Shown: piece by piece, positions 55,657-64,000 of the stretch
Layout of the letters: each line of letters begins with the position of its first letter
Position numbering within the stretch: the first letter of the stretch is position 1
Source: Octopus vulgaris
Lineage: Eukaryota
NCBI GenBank assembly: GCA_951406725.2
Contig: OX597814.1
Span: 82,460,001 to 82,524,000, forward strand
Direction of reading: 5' to 3'
Length of the DNA stretch: 64,000 nt
Translations under genes and position numbers: made by a program
Notes under the pieces: model-generated
What the model saw: only the letters and a program-made list of their open reading frames with translations
The model's database searches: none
Told to the model about the DNA's origin: nothing

Positions 55657-58600
55657 TGTAGGAGTGGCTGTGTGGTAAGTAGCTTGCTTACCAACCTCAT
55701 GGTTCCGGGTTCAGTCCCACTGAGTGGCACCTTGGGCAAGTGTCTTCTACTATAGCCTCGGGCTGACTAAAGCCTTGTGAGTGGATTTGGTAGACGGAAA
55801 CTGAAAGAAGCCCGTCGTATATATGGATGTATGTGTGTGCATGTGTATATGTTTGTGTGTCTGTGTTTGTCCCCCCAACATTGCTTGACAACCGATGCTG
55901 GTGTGTTTACATCCCCGTAACTTAGCGGTTCAACAGAAGAGACAGATAGAATAAGTGCTAGGCTTACAAAGAATAAGTCCTGGGGTTGATTTGCTCGACT
56001 AAAGGCGGTGCTCCAGCATGGCCACAGTCAAATGACTGTAACAAGTAAAAGAAAAGAGAAAGAATATCAAAATAAGCAACAGGATATCCAGAGGTAATGC
56101 AGTACGACTGTTTCAAGTGACTCCATTTAATTGAACAATGCAACCATTGCATCAATTTAAATGCTGTGCTATCCTCATCTGCATAAATAAATAAATAGAA
56201 TTAATTTAATCAGTTGGACACATTTGTATAATTTTACTTAAATCCTCTAAGAGGGTAAGAAGCGAGACAAAGTTAGCATGTTCTATAACCTCAATATTCC
56301 TCTAGTAAATACCAGGTATCAGTCTGTATAGATACCACCTAATAAATAAATAATTTAGTTTAAATGTTTGAATTATTAAACAAATTCTATATAATCTTCT
56401 CTTTTCTATTGATGATAATAAGGTATATATACTTCATCATGGTTTTTAGTGATTAAACTATTTCTTTCTTTCTATGGTGTTCTACCCTACTGATCATATT
56501 TATAATAGCCTTTATGTAAGTAAACCTAATTTTTGTATCCCTAGAAATTTATATCAGCTTATATATAACAGCACCAGTAACTTCACAACTTATAATATAC
56601 CTCTTAGATTATATTTATTATATAGTTAGCATGTTCTATCGCCCCAGTATTCCTTTATTAAATGCCAGTAAATGCCAGTGAAGCAATCTTCATAGATACC
56701 ACCTAATAAGTAAATATTTAAGTATATGAAAATATATTAAACTAACTCTATGTAATTTTTTTCTCTCTCTATTGTTGTAAATTACTCAAAATTGTATCCT
56801 TTTGGTTATAATATTTTCTTAATTTTTTCTTGATAACCCTAAATTTTATCTTTATATAATATAACAATATTGTTTAAATCGTTCAACTATAGTACCCCAT
56901 AATAAAAATTTCTTCTGTATCATTATCATTGGTTTTATTAGAATCTTGCCCCTTTAACTGGTAATTAACATCTTGATTTAAGATATTCCTTTACCAAACC
57001 TCATTATAGCTAGTTACTTTATACTACTTCAAAATAAACTTTGACAAGTTTTATGACTATACCCACTATGATCCTGTCAACTCACTCATGTCCTTTCTTA
57101 ACAGACATTGCTCTATAGTCTTAGATTTTGATATATAAAGATTTGATAAACAAGACTAAATCAAAACGACCCAAAAATTAGTGACAAGCTAGAACCCTAA
57201 CAAGTTTCTTTTTTTCCTGATGCCTTAGGAGCTTCTAAGCTAAAATGAAAACAGCATGGACTTTGTCTGTCTTCTTGCCCTCTTAGAGGATTTAAGTAAA
57301 ATTATACAAATGTGTCCGATTGACTACATTAATTCTATTTATTTATGCAGCTGCATTTAAATTGATGTAATGATTGCATTGTTCAATTAAATGGAGCCAC
57401 TTGAAATGGTCGCACTGCATCACCTCTGGATATCCTGTTGCTTATTTTGATTTTATTCACCTTATTTTGAAATTGTATGGATAATACCGCACTAATTTTT
57501 GGTGCCTCAACTTAAGTACCAAATTCATCTGAATCTCAATTTTTTGCTTTATATATATATATTCATCATATTCAGATTGCACCTTTATACCTGGACATCT
57601 TTTTTTTTTTATTAGCTTGATGATACAAGAGAATCTCTATGACAGTCATGGGCAAATTGCAGCCCAATAAGGGATACAGTGGATAATGTAGTCCTTGTTA
57701 TATAAAAACATGGGACAGTCATGGCTAGAACACCTTTGATCATAGATCTGCTCATTCAAGGTTAACTAATGGCTATACAATTGGTTTCAAATTCAGCACA
57801 GTTTAATTTAAACACTCTCTCACACTGGTAAAACTTCTTTCTGCTTCTCTTTTAGTTAGATTTTCCCTTAGTCTTAGATTAAGTCTCTACCTCCATTTTA
57901 TAAACCTGTTTTATCACTTGTTGCATATGTACTATGCTATACTACCATTAGTTTTGTTCAAATGACAATCCTATTGCAGGCTTCAGCTCTTTTAACTTTG
58001 TTGCTTTTAAACCGAAATAAACCTCAGTATACAGGACTGATTCAGTGCCATTACCCATTTTAACCTGTGAGGTATTTGGGTCAGAAATTTGAAGCTCACT
58101 GGACCAATAAGCGAGCAGTTGCTTGACTGGCTATTCAAAGCTTCAACCATGGACAGTAAAATGATTTATATCACTGAACTGAGAGGACTTTACACTTATT
58201 TTCTTTAATTATATCAAGACCTTATTCTCTGTATAACTGTGTACCAACTGTAGTGATTGACCATGTGAGATTGTATTGCAATAATCTCATAATGATAAGG
58301 TTGTTCTCAATAGTCATATAAAAGTGGTCCTATTTGTCTGTTAATTTTACTTATGGAACATGGGATCAACAGTTGCTGCCCAGTGGTCTAGTAATGACCT
58401 AAGTAGCAGTGTCATTTTACAAATAAAGAAAATAAGATTCAAAAATTATTTTCTTGAAGTAAGATTTAATTATGAAAAATTAATCTGAAGATTCTCAACA
58501 GAATTAAGGTTAGCCCATTATTAATGAAGCATTAATGGAAAATTGATTTATGAAGCTTTTAAACAGACTTAAGATAGCTCATTATAAAACAACTGAACAC

Positions 58601-59103
58601 ATACTTCTATTTCAAGCTGATAATGGTTGTGAGATAAGAAGTTTGCTTCCTAACCACATGGTTCCAGGTTCAGTCCAACTGCATGACACCTTGGGCAAAT
58701 GTCTTCTACTAAGCCTCAAGCTGACCAAAGCTTTGTATGTGGATTTGGTGGATGGAAACTGAAAGAAGCCTGTTGTATACATGTGTGAGTGTATGTGCCT
58801 GTATTTGTCCCCCCCCCCCAGCACTGTTTGACAACCAGTGTTGGCATGTTTACATCCCTGTAACTTAACAGTTTGCCAAAACAGACTGATAGAATAAGTA
58901 CCAGGCTTAAAAAAGATAAGTACAGAGGTTGATTCATTTCAACTAAAAATTCTTCAAGGTGATGCCCCAGCATGGCCACAGTCTAATAACTGAAACAAGT
59001 AAAAGATAAAAGATACTAACCAGTCTCCAGAAAATGAGTAGTCTTCACGGACGGTCCCCCACTGGCGTTCAGAGAGGTAGGGCCCAAAGAATTCGTCACC
59101 CAT
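1326..59103 (-). CDS. Spliced gene (16 coding exons in window, 3'-partial): GH63/MGH1-like glycoside hydrolase, YMR196W-like (alpha/alpha)6 glucosidase family
   Basis: Exons joined by hand, all GT-AG, with phases consistent over 3103 nt and no stop codon. Family motifs occur in order: [117 protein letters not shown]...[31 protein letters not shown]...[13 protein letters not shown]. An in-frame TAA lies 6 codons upstream of the ATG. Confidence 0.92.
1590..2210 (-). repeat. Coding purine-rich tandem repeats: (GA)n-derived ER/K units, 24-bp [16 protein letters not shown] units, (GAA/GAG)n poly-Glu
   Basis: Directly visible CT-rich tract on the + strand. Confidence 0.95.
3461..6298 (-). mobile_element. 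5'-truncated Dong/R4-like non-LTR retrotransposon (RT + CCHC knuckle + restriction-like endonuclease), frameshifted
   Basis: ORF 3862..5940 has [27 protein letters not shown] and [17 protein letters not shown]. The PD..D endonuclease pieces (NRPDIVV, KE.EK..KY.DL) are in adjacent frames. (TAA)n flanks both ends. Confidence 0.88.
6328..7222 (+). mobile_element. Four head-to-tail copies of a ~200-bp SINE separated by (TTA)n tracts
   Basis: Repeated gagctggcagaat..ttagcatgctgg..gaaatgcttag..gagttcaaattc (B-box-like)..aagtaccag..gaaaggattatt; other copies near 34250-34480(-), 45530-45710 and 59545-59760. Confidence 0.8.
7262..8695 (+). mobile_element. Decayed RTE-clade LINE RT fragment
   Basis: [47 protein letters not shown], with stops and frameshifts. 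Confidence 0.88.
8887..9106. mobile_element. piggyBac-like MITE (TTAA TSD, CCCTTTAG...CTAAAGGG TIR)
   Basis: TTAA|ccctttag ... ctaaaggg|TTAA; related copy at 39818-40040. Confidence 0.75.
10917..11042 (-). CDS. GH63-like exon 15 ([13 protein letters not shown]...[13 protein letters not shown])
   Basis: acceptor tcttttag, donor GTTTGT, 126 nt, phase 0 to 0. Confidence 0.92.
11129..11348. mobile_element. piggyBac-like MITE (TTAA TSD, CCCTTTCATTA TIR)
   Basis: TTAA|ccctttcatta ... taatgaaaggg|TTAA. Confidence 0.8.
13061..13116 (+). ncRNA. Degenerate type I hammerhead ribozyme motif
   Basis: tct-CTGATGA-..atatccc(atacctg)gggatat..-GAAA-gagct-GTA-aga; the first stem III pair is mutated. Confidence 0.5.
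13372..13462 (-). ncRNA. Type I hammerhead ribozyme (inverted copy, sense to the host pre-mRNA)
   Basis: Reverse complement of 14335-14425; stem I atttc/ttc pairs with gaa(t)gaaat. Confidence 0.8.
14335..14425 (+). ncRNA. Type I hammerhead ribozyme (intact core)
   Basis: atttcttc-CTGAAGA-gaaagacacaat...attgtgcctttc-GAAA-C-ACGT-GTA^gaatgaaa; predicted cleavage after 14416. Confidence 0.8.
14781..14894 (-). ncRNA. Degenerate hammerhead motif with long stem II
   Basis: Minus strand: CCGAAGA-ggcc..atgtctcattta..taaatgagacat..ggcc-GAAA-tagct-GTC-ag; core U4>C substitution. Confidence 0.55.
15525..17100 (-). repeat. RTE 3'UTR-derived tandem array: ~59-bp units nested in four ~341-bp units, with (GAT)n tail
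   Basis: Marker cacaaagatacaaattcc at 15899, 16241, 16582 and 16923; related UTR follows the RTE ORF end at 55066. Confidence 0.85.
17164..17213 (-). ncRNA. Minimal type I hammerhead ribozyme (sense to the host pre-mRNA)
   Basis: Minus strand caaaaactgt-CTGATGA-a-cg(gcaa)cg-a-GAAA-ctcaga-GTA-acagattttg. Confidence 0.78.
18049..18096 (+). ncRNA. Minimal type I hammerhead ribozyme
   Basis: caaaaactgt-CTGATGA-acggcaac-GAAA-ctcaga-GTA^acagattttg; stem I 9/10 bp; predicted cleavage after 18086. Confidence 0.75.
18855..18897 (+). ncRNA. Type I hammerhead motif with a degenerate inverted partner at ~18738-18785
   Basis: cacatg-CTGAAGA-a-gggt(aacc)accc-a-GAAA-ctcga-GTC; the 3' strand of stem I is cut off by an RTE tail but preserved (catgtg) in the inverted copy. 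Confidence 0.65.
18897..22000 (-). mobile_element. Decayed RTE-clade LINE (APE endonuclease remnant, RT, 3'UTR, (GAT)n tail)
   Basis: [63 protein letters not shown]. Confidence 0.9.
22198..22397 (-). CDS. GH63-like exon 14 ([13 protein letters not shown]...[11 protein letters not shown]...SSSK)
   Basis: acceptor tttccag, donor GTACAA, 200 nt, phase 1 to 0. Confidence 0.88.
23200..23731. mobile_element. Degenerate foldback/MITE-like element with long imperfect inverted repeats
   Basis: 23200-23390 is an imperfect reverse complement of ~23565-23731; the terminal motif also recurs as a direct copy at ~23525-23565. Confidence 0.55.
24025..24432 (+). mobile_element. tRNA-derived SINE (octopus-type)
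   Basis: A box TGGCTGTGTGG, B box GGTTCAGTCCC, ccttgggcaagt core; copies at 9346, 34705(-), 35935(-), 52285(-), 55665 and 58625. Confidence 0.85.
24580..24739 (-). CDS. GH63-like exon 13 ([11 protein letters not shown]...STNKA)
   Basis: acceptor ctatag, donor GTAAGT, 160 nt, phase 0 to 1. Confidence 0.92.
25962..26085 (-). CDS. GH63-like exon 12 (WTN...[15 protein letters not shown]...LAQ), contains the putative catalytic G-x-D-N Asp
   Basis: acceptor ttgctag, donor GTAAGT, 124 nt, phase 2 to 0. Confidence 0.92.
27984..28126 (-). CDS. GH63-like exon 11 ([20 protein letters not shown]...RLLLNYN)
   Basis: acceptor ttctgcag, donor GTAAGT, 143 nt, phase 0 to 2; not in ORF track. Confidence 0.92.
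28646..31079 (+). mobile_element. Decayed hAT-superfamily (hATm-like) DNA transposon, ~2.4 kb
   Basis: TIR AGGGATACAACTTTT/AAAAGTTGTATCCCT plus subterminal IR; broken transposase [25 protein letters not shown]. Confidence 0.7.
32406..32522 (-). CDS. GH63-like exon 10 ([12 protein letters not shown]...YLHPNGQ)
   Basis: acceptor ttccag, donor GTAAGA, 117 nt, phase 0 to 0. Confidence 0.93.
32854..33230 (-). mobile_element. mariner-derived fragment
   Basis: TA-tgaaggtcaactgaaaagttcata end; minus-strand HDNAP remnant. Confidence 0.55.
33686..33822 (-). CDS. GH63-like exon 9 (...RNQHW...[13 protein letters not shown])
   Basis: acceptor attttag, donor GTTTGT, 137 nt, phase 1 to 0. Confidence 0.9.
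34950..35840 (-). mobile_element. RTE LINE fragment with internal deletion
   Basis: [19 protein letters not shown] fused to [15 protein letters not shown]. Confidence 0.85.
36172..36301 (-). CDS. GH63-like exon 8 ([35 protein letters not shown]...)
   Basis: acceptor ttgttag, donor GTAAAA, 130 nt, phase 0 to 1; not in ORF track. Confidence 0.9.
36705..37012 (+). mobile_element. tRNA-derived SINE, second family
   Basis: ggtttagtggttaggg, gtttgactcc, ccttaagcaagacacttt core. Confidence 0.6.
37987..38189 (-). CDS. GH63-like exon 7 ([15 protein letters not shown]...AKNFYTM)
   Basis: acceptor ttttttcag, donor GTACTG, 203 nt, phase 1 to 0; VNP...GTK motif. Confidence 0.87.
40122..40244 (-). CDS. 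GH63-like exon 6 (CFVAKF...LFTEND...[10 protein letters not shown])
   Basis: acceptor tttctag, donor GTAAGC, 123 nt, phase 1 to 1. Confidence 0.9.
40296..41846 (-). mobile_element. Internally deleted hAT transposon
   Basis: TIR CAGTGGTGGGCACAG/CTGTGCCCACTACTG, subterminal GCTAA repeats; C-terminal dimerisation remnant LFTKYNT...[20 protein letters not shown]. Confidence 0.8.
42478..43210 (+). mobile_element. Old Dong/R4-like REL retrotransposon 3' fragment
   Basis: [33 protein letters not shown]; parallels the 3461-6298 element. Confidence 0.72.
43393..43496 (-). CDS. GH63-like exon 5 (DTWSHY...CVHYSE)
   Basis: acceptor ttttcag, donor GTACTA, 104 nt, phase 2 to 1; completes the WLRDTWS motif (family WFRNTWS). 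Confidence 0.82.
43651..44546 (-). mobile_element. Internally deleted mariner element
   Basis: TIR tgaggtagtatcaaaag..ctggactagtt / aactagtccag..ttttgataccacctca; minus-strand [10 protein letters not shown] remnant. Confidence 0.75.
44655..44793 (-). CDS. GH63-like exon 4 ([15 protein letters not shown]...LPQIWL)
   Basis: acceptor ttttcaag, donor GTTAGT, 139 nt, phase 1 to 2. Confidence 0.88.
47434..47608 (-). CDS. GH63-like exon 3 ([13 protein letters not shown]...EYEIVDT)
   Basis: acceptor ttttttcag, donor GTTGGT, 175 nt, phase 0 to 1. Confidence 0.92.
47780..48363 (+). mobile_element. LINE 3' fragment ending in a (GAA)n tract
   Basis: RL.WFGHI.RM-type C-terminal remnant followed by more than 20 GAA units. 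Confidence 0.55.
49209..49823. mobile_element. hAT/Charlie-like MITE interrupted by an RTE tail
   Basis: TIR cagtagttctcaa / ttgagaaccactg; related 5' part at 12531. Confidence 0.65.
52109..52151 (-). ncRNA. Degenerate hammerhead motif in a ~360-bp element between (TA)n tracts (51880-52240)
   Basis: Minus strand tctaca-TTGATAA-gggtcaaatagcct-GAAA-cta-GTC-tgtaga; perfect 6-bp stem I, core differs from CTGATGA at two positions. Confidence 0.55.
52956..54247 (+). mobile_element. Full-length (1292 bp) mariner (DD34D) element with pseudogenised transposase
   Basis: TA TSD; TIR cgaggagtgtatgaaaagttttgagcct / aggctcaagacttttgagacaccccttg; [29 protein letters not shown]; stop at ~53820 and frameshifts. 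Confidence 0.92.
54335..54503 (-). CDS. GH63-like exon 2 (WKYCTHHD...[11 protein letters not shown])
   Basis: acceptor aacag, donor GTAATT, 169 nt, phase 2 to 0. Confidence 0.92.
54935..55567 (+). mobile_element. RTE LINE 3' end with 3'UTR tandem repeats and (GAT)n tail
   Basis: [19 protein letters not shown]...DK* followed by UTR; many shorter tails elsewhere (e.g. 660-885, 3015-3425, 10150-10360, 44957, 51177). Confidence 0.85.
56066..57560. mobile_element. Older inverted-repeat element (arms ~56066-56280 and 57255-57451) with decayed hammerheads, ending at (TA)n
   Basis: Arms are imperfect reverse complements; combined consensus atgcag-CTGATGA-...catttaaattga..tcaattaaatg..-GAAA-c.gtc-GTA-ctgcat; internal ~350-bp-spaced direct repeat at 56272 and 56625. 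Confidence 0.65.
59021..59103 (-). CDS. GH63-like gene coding exon 1 ([27 protein letters not shown])
   Basis: ATG at 59103, donor GTTAGT, ends in phase 2; not in ORF track. Confidence 0.9.
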
Positions 59104-61959
59104 TGAAAATTCTTTGATTTACAGATTAATGGGTATAATAAACGTTGAAGTCCCAGTTATTGTTTTCTTATCTATAATTTTAGTGTTTGAAAGTTGATTC
59201 TTCTTGAAGGTTTAAGATATTTCAGCCAAAAATAAAAGAAAAATAATTTTTTAGTATATGCAAAAAAATATAAAATAAATAAATGAATAAATAAATAAAA
59301 GGCACAGAAGTTTTAAAAACAACAAACTTTTTAAAGTGCAACACTGAGTGAAACATGATAGAAGAAAGTATAATTATTACATATTTTATTCATCCCCACA
59401 GGATGAAAGATAAAGCCAACCCTGATAGGATTTAAACTTACAATTCAAAAGAACAAAATAAATATGACAATGCATCTGATCAAGTCCTCTGCTGTGTACA
59501 TGACTGCCAAAGCCCAAACTATAATCAATATTGTATATGTGGAAGGCGGCAAACTGGCAGAAACGTTAGCATGCCGGGTGAAATGCTTAGTGGTATTTTG
59601 TCTGTTTTTATGTTCTGAGTTGAAATTCTGCTGAGGTCGACTTTGTCTTTCTTCCTTTTAGGGTCAATAAATTAAGTACCAGTTGCATACTGGGGTCAAT
59701 CTAATCGACTGGCCCCCTCCCAAAAAACTTTGGGCCTTATGCCGAAAGTAGAAAAGAATATTGTATATGTGGGAAAATTCTTTGAAACAAAACAAAAATC
59801 TGGTTGATGTTGTTTAGTCCTTCGTCAGTTCAGTCTGAACAGACTTATGAGTCAAAAGCATTCCAGTGGTGACTATTCAATCTATTTATGAATATATCTA
59901 GGACTACGTTACTCATGTGTTATAGTTTTTTGAGGGAGACTTGTTATGCCAAGTAAATTGAGCAGAATATACTTAATAATATGTGTATTTCAAGAAAAAA
60001 GGAAATAGAGCTAATTTTTTGAAAGAATCTTTGACGAAGGGACTTCAATTGTTCTCTTACAGACCCTCATCGTAATAACAAGCTGCTTCAAAATGATATT
60101 TCTCTTTAAAGTGCACTGACACCTCTAGCTCTAAATAAGACTAACATCTGTCAAATAATAGAAGCATGAGAAATACAACCTTAATTCTAATATGAAATAA
60201 TTCATGATATGACCCAACTTGAATATGAAGAATATGTTATTCTTGTTAGAGATGGAAGAACAGTGGTATTATCGTCAAAAAATTTTTTATAGAAGTTGTG
60301 CATGTCTAGCATGGTGAGTATAGATGTCTGTTATTTGAAAAACTGTTATCAAGAAATGAAATATGCTTTCATCTGCATAGAACCACGTGCATGGTTAAAT
60401 GTAACAAGTAGGTCATAATGTAAAGAAGGAAGAGTGCAATGGTGAGGGGATACACTATACATATATAAGCTAGCAGAGGGAATATATTATATTTAGACAG
60501 AGACATGAAGCAATGCATAGATACACCCTATGTATGTGTGTGTATATGTGTGTACATGCCAAAATGATGCAAAACAATCAAACTGGAAAGGTATTTAGTT
60601 ACATTTAGGAGGAGATATTCTGTACCAACTTTAGCTTTACAGTAGCAAAAAATTCTCAATGTACTTGTATTAAAAAGCCTTAACCATCTTTACTGTAAAA
60701 GCTGTACATGTATGTGTGTATATGTATATATCAAGCATTGTGTGTATGAATATTTTTTGTGCATTTATGTGTGTTCTGCATAGATGATGAGTGTGTGCTG
60801 TGTATATATGACCACGTGTTGTATCTCCTAGTCGTTGTCATTTAATTGGACATCTTACTTTCAAAAGTTTGATCTACCTCTATCTTCACTAGTCTTTCTC
60901 AGCTTATGTACACCCAGTAGTTGTCCTTTTTCCATGGTCTCATTGCTATCCAACATGTACTACTTGCTGACATATATTCAACTCATATATATCAAATATT
61001 TTTCCAAATAATCAGTTATCTCTTCAATTCATTTATTTCCAACAAACTTACATTGAACATCTAATAAATTAAATACAGCTTATTCCTTCCTATTGCTACA
61101 GATAATCTACTTCTATTCCTGTTTTTTCATTTTCATATAGAATAATATTGTCCATCTTTTTTCTGAAAACTACAGCTGGATATACAATGAGGTAAAAATA
61201 TAGTTGAATATTAATCTCATTTATAGTTTGTAGTGATACAAGATATAAGTATAAAGTCCCCAAATTTTTAGTGGAAAGAAAACAAGTTCTTAAACCAAGC
61301 TATTTACAGGTTATAGACTGCACAATATTTCAAAAGGTTTAAATATTGTAGAGTAGAAATACAAAATATATAGTATATTTAACACTTAAAAATATATGTT
61401 AAATAGTTTGTTTACTATGACTTTTACAGAAGACCAATACTAATTTTAAAGTTGCCAATCATCATCTTTAACAACTGTTGTCCATGCTGGCATGAGTGTG
61501 TAGCAATTTGATAATTGCATAACTATATGCCTTATGCTGCCACAGATATATGTTATGAAAAGACACAGCTATTATACAAAGTAGGTCAAAGTTTCATTTA
61601 AGGTAGAATAGATGTGAAAGACATTGACTTTCTTTTGTAGTGACTTTAAATCCCTAAGCTTTAATAAATTGCTTTTCTCGTACAACTATTTCTTTCAGGG
61701 GAACCAATTAAGAAATGACTTGACCTGTTAGAACTAGCAAGCAAATCTCCATTAAATTATTCCCTATTGTCATGAAAAGAGTCAAGAAAATTCATACTAG
61801 AAAGTCAAGCCAAGTACTTTTGTTAATTGGCAGAAATATATATAGAGCAACTCATAATTAGCCTTATATCTCTTTGTAAGTTTGCCAGCATTGAAAATAA
61901 TGCTCTTCATGAAGATATATTGGTTAACTCTTGGTAATTCAAGTGATGGTTTTCTAGGT

Positions 61960-63110
61960 AGAGATTATTGATGTGTGTGCAGGTGAGTAAGTACTATCCT
62001 GATGGCATGGATCTTCTGACAGCTGGTTGAATGGGTTTTGGTAGTGAGTTTTGATTTTACTTGTCTTCCTCCTGCTATGAGATCATACATAGCAATCTAC
62101 TCCTTGATGAATGAAGAAACTTTAGGCTGTTTGATCATGAGCCAGAACTTTTCAGTTGTTCATGCTCATGCTACACCTTTTGAATGTTGCATTCAGGATG
62201 TTGTTCAGCTGTTTTCGTCTTGTTCATTTATATTCCCTCAGCTAGCTACAGATTTTCTAGAGGAAGCAGTTGCTCTCCCTTTGAAAGCAGTTCTTAGTGC
62301 TAGCTGCTTCAGTATTTCCTCTTTGTAGTATTTCCTCTTTGAAAGATGTTAATATTGGTTCTAAATCTTTCTTAGCTGATCATGAGAATGCTATGATGAC
62401 AGCGCTTGTGAAAGTCCCTCAATAAGGTCAGATGCCAATGGTAGATGGGATAACAACTATTTTACACAGGAACACTGAGAATACAAGGACTTTATAGCAA
62501 TCTGAATGTCTTGGTTGTGAAAAGTCCACATCCAAAGGTGCCTAAAAGCAGTTCTTGCATATTTCAAATGATGTTGGGATTTGCAATCATTGTTAACAGT
62601 GACCAAGAGATGACTCTCCATGTCATCAAAGTTGCTGAAGTTCTGAAGATGGCTGTGATAAATATAGTAAAACAAAAGCACTGGAATAATGCAACAACTC
62701 TGTTTAACTCTATGACAGACCAGAACAGCAGCAACCATGTTGCTATGAAGAAATCTTAGGATCGTGATGAACTTAGCAGAATATCAAAAAATATCAAGGA
62801 TCTTCTGAAGAAAATCACAGGAGACACTGCAGAAAGTCATGAAGAGGTTTTTAAGGATTATGTAGAGGATTTGATTCTGTTCTTAACACTTCACTTAGAT
62901 CTCACAGGTTTGAAAGGTCATATCCATATCTTCTCTTGATAGGTAAAAGCCAATTGAGTCTTATTAGAAACTTCTCTGTTAGTAGTTTAAGCCAATGATT
63001 AGGGATGCTGCCTACAATATTTCCAGTGACTAATAGTACAGAGATTTCTCTGTAGTCGCCACTATCTGCCCTATGTGCTTTCCTTTTGTAGAAAATGAAA
63101 ATACAAGCAT
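61960..63110 (-). mobile_element. Highly decayed RTE/BovB-like LINE fragment
   Basis: K....D.GDYREISVL..TGNI remnant in ORF 62902..63171; degraded RT-like sequence. Confidence 0.5.
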
Positions 63111-63292
63111 CTCTCAGGTTAAAAAAAAAAGACCATGCATAAGAAAAAAAAAAAAAAAAAACTAGATTCAAAGAGTTTATAGAGAGATTCGAATTATTAA
63201 CATGTAATGTAGCTTTATATCAGATTGAAAAATTTTGTGCAGTATATGTTTGATGTAATAAAATACTATATATATAGATATATATAAATATA

Positions 63293-63528
63293 CAGGGTAG
63301 GCCAAAAGTCACCCAACAGTAAATCAAAACTCCATAAATACTTAATATTCAATTTTATTTATTCATTCCAATTATGAATGTTTAATAATTGAACACTATG
63401 AGTTAAAATCATGTTTTTTTTCAACATTTGTCTGTTTATTAGCAAAATTTCATTCAGTTGTTAAACATAAATAGATGTTGGAATTACATGGTTTTGATTT
63501 ACTGTCAGGTGACTTTTGGCCAACCCTG
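63293..63528. mobile_element. Tc1/mariner-type MITE, 236 bp
   Basis: TA|cagggtaggccaaaagtcacc..cagtaaatcaaaac ... gttttgatttactg..ggtgacttttggccaaccctg|TA. Confidence 0.85.
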
Positions 63529-64000
63529 TATATGTCTGATGAATCACAACAGAAAACATAAGTGATTATACTTTCTTTTATTGATCCAGGACAGCAGGTA
63601 CCTATAAATTTCAATTGAAAATTACAAAGTCAATGAAAATCGATATTAAATGAAAAACTTACAAGTGAGTTGAACTGGAAGAGTAAAGGATTGTTTCAAA
63701 CTAAGCTGATGAAACTTCTTTACAATAATCAATTTTATATTAAAATCATTATATTTATTATTACAAATATATTGTCATTGGATTTACTTGTGTCAGATTC
63801 ATAATAATGATTGTTATATTAGTGTTAACATATTTAATGCAGGGAGCATTAAAAAGCTGACTAGAAATAATTAATCAGTAAAGAAAAAAAAAAACTATCA
63901 ATGACAAGTATTGTTTTCATTATTTTGGTAAATATGGAGAAGTGTAGACATAACCAAATTTACTAAAGAAATGACTTGTACTATCCTTTTTATAGTATGT

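Noticed and set aside
1326-59103. Bacterial contamination or recent HGT as the explanation for the microbial-type glucosidase
   Set aside because: At least 16 spliceosomal introns filled with host transposons
63531-63562. tatgt-CTGATGA...GAAA-acata hammerhead-like string
   Set aside because: No stem III or NUH triplet and no stem II; likely chance. Similar CTGAnGA hits at 10679, 23743 and 63707 also lack the rest of the fold
59104-64000. Promoter or 5'UTR exon of the gene
   Set aside because: No CpG-rich or otherwise diagnostic signal; it cannot be located from sequence alone

Overview
AT-rich, microsatellite- and transposon-dense animal DNA. The SINE and RTE-tail families resemble those of octopus (coleoid cephalopod); this host assignment is inferred. 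One minus-strand spliced gene spans almost the whole window. I reconstructed 16 phase-consistent GT-AG coding exons by hand (ATG at 59103 to a donor at 1326; 3103 nt, 1034 codons, 3' end outside the window). They encode a GH63/MGH1-like (yeast YMR196W-type) glycoside hydrolase. Its exon 16 carries an in-frame segment of 291 codons, mostly E/R/K low-complexity (single-alpha-helix-like plus poly-Glu), inside the predicted catalytic domain. The introns hold RTE and Dong/R4-like LINEs, tRNA-type SINEs, and mariner, hAT, piggyBac-like and Tc1-like elements. They also hold a set of non-coding, mostly (TA)n-associated elements carrying type I hammerhead-ribozyme motifs, several arranged as long inverted repeats (a ~1 kb palindrome and a 379-bp-arm IR). 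These are probably Penelope-like pLTR or retrozyme-type elements, concentrated at 13-19 kb in intron 14.
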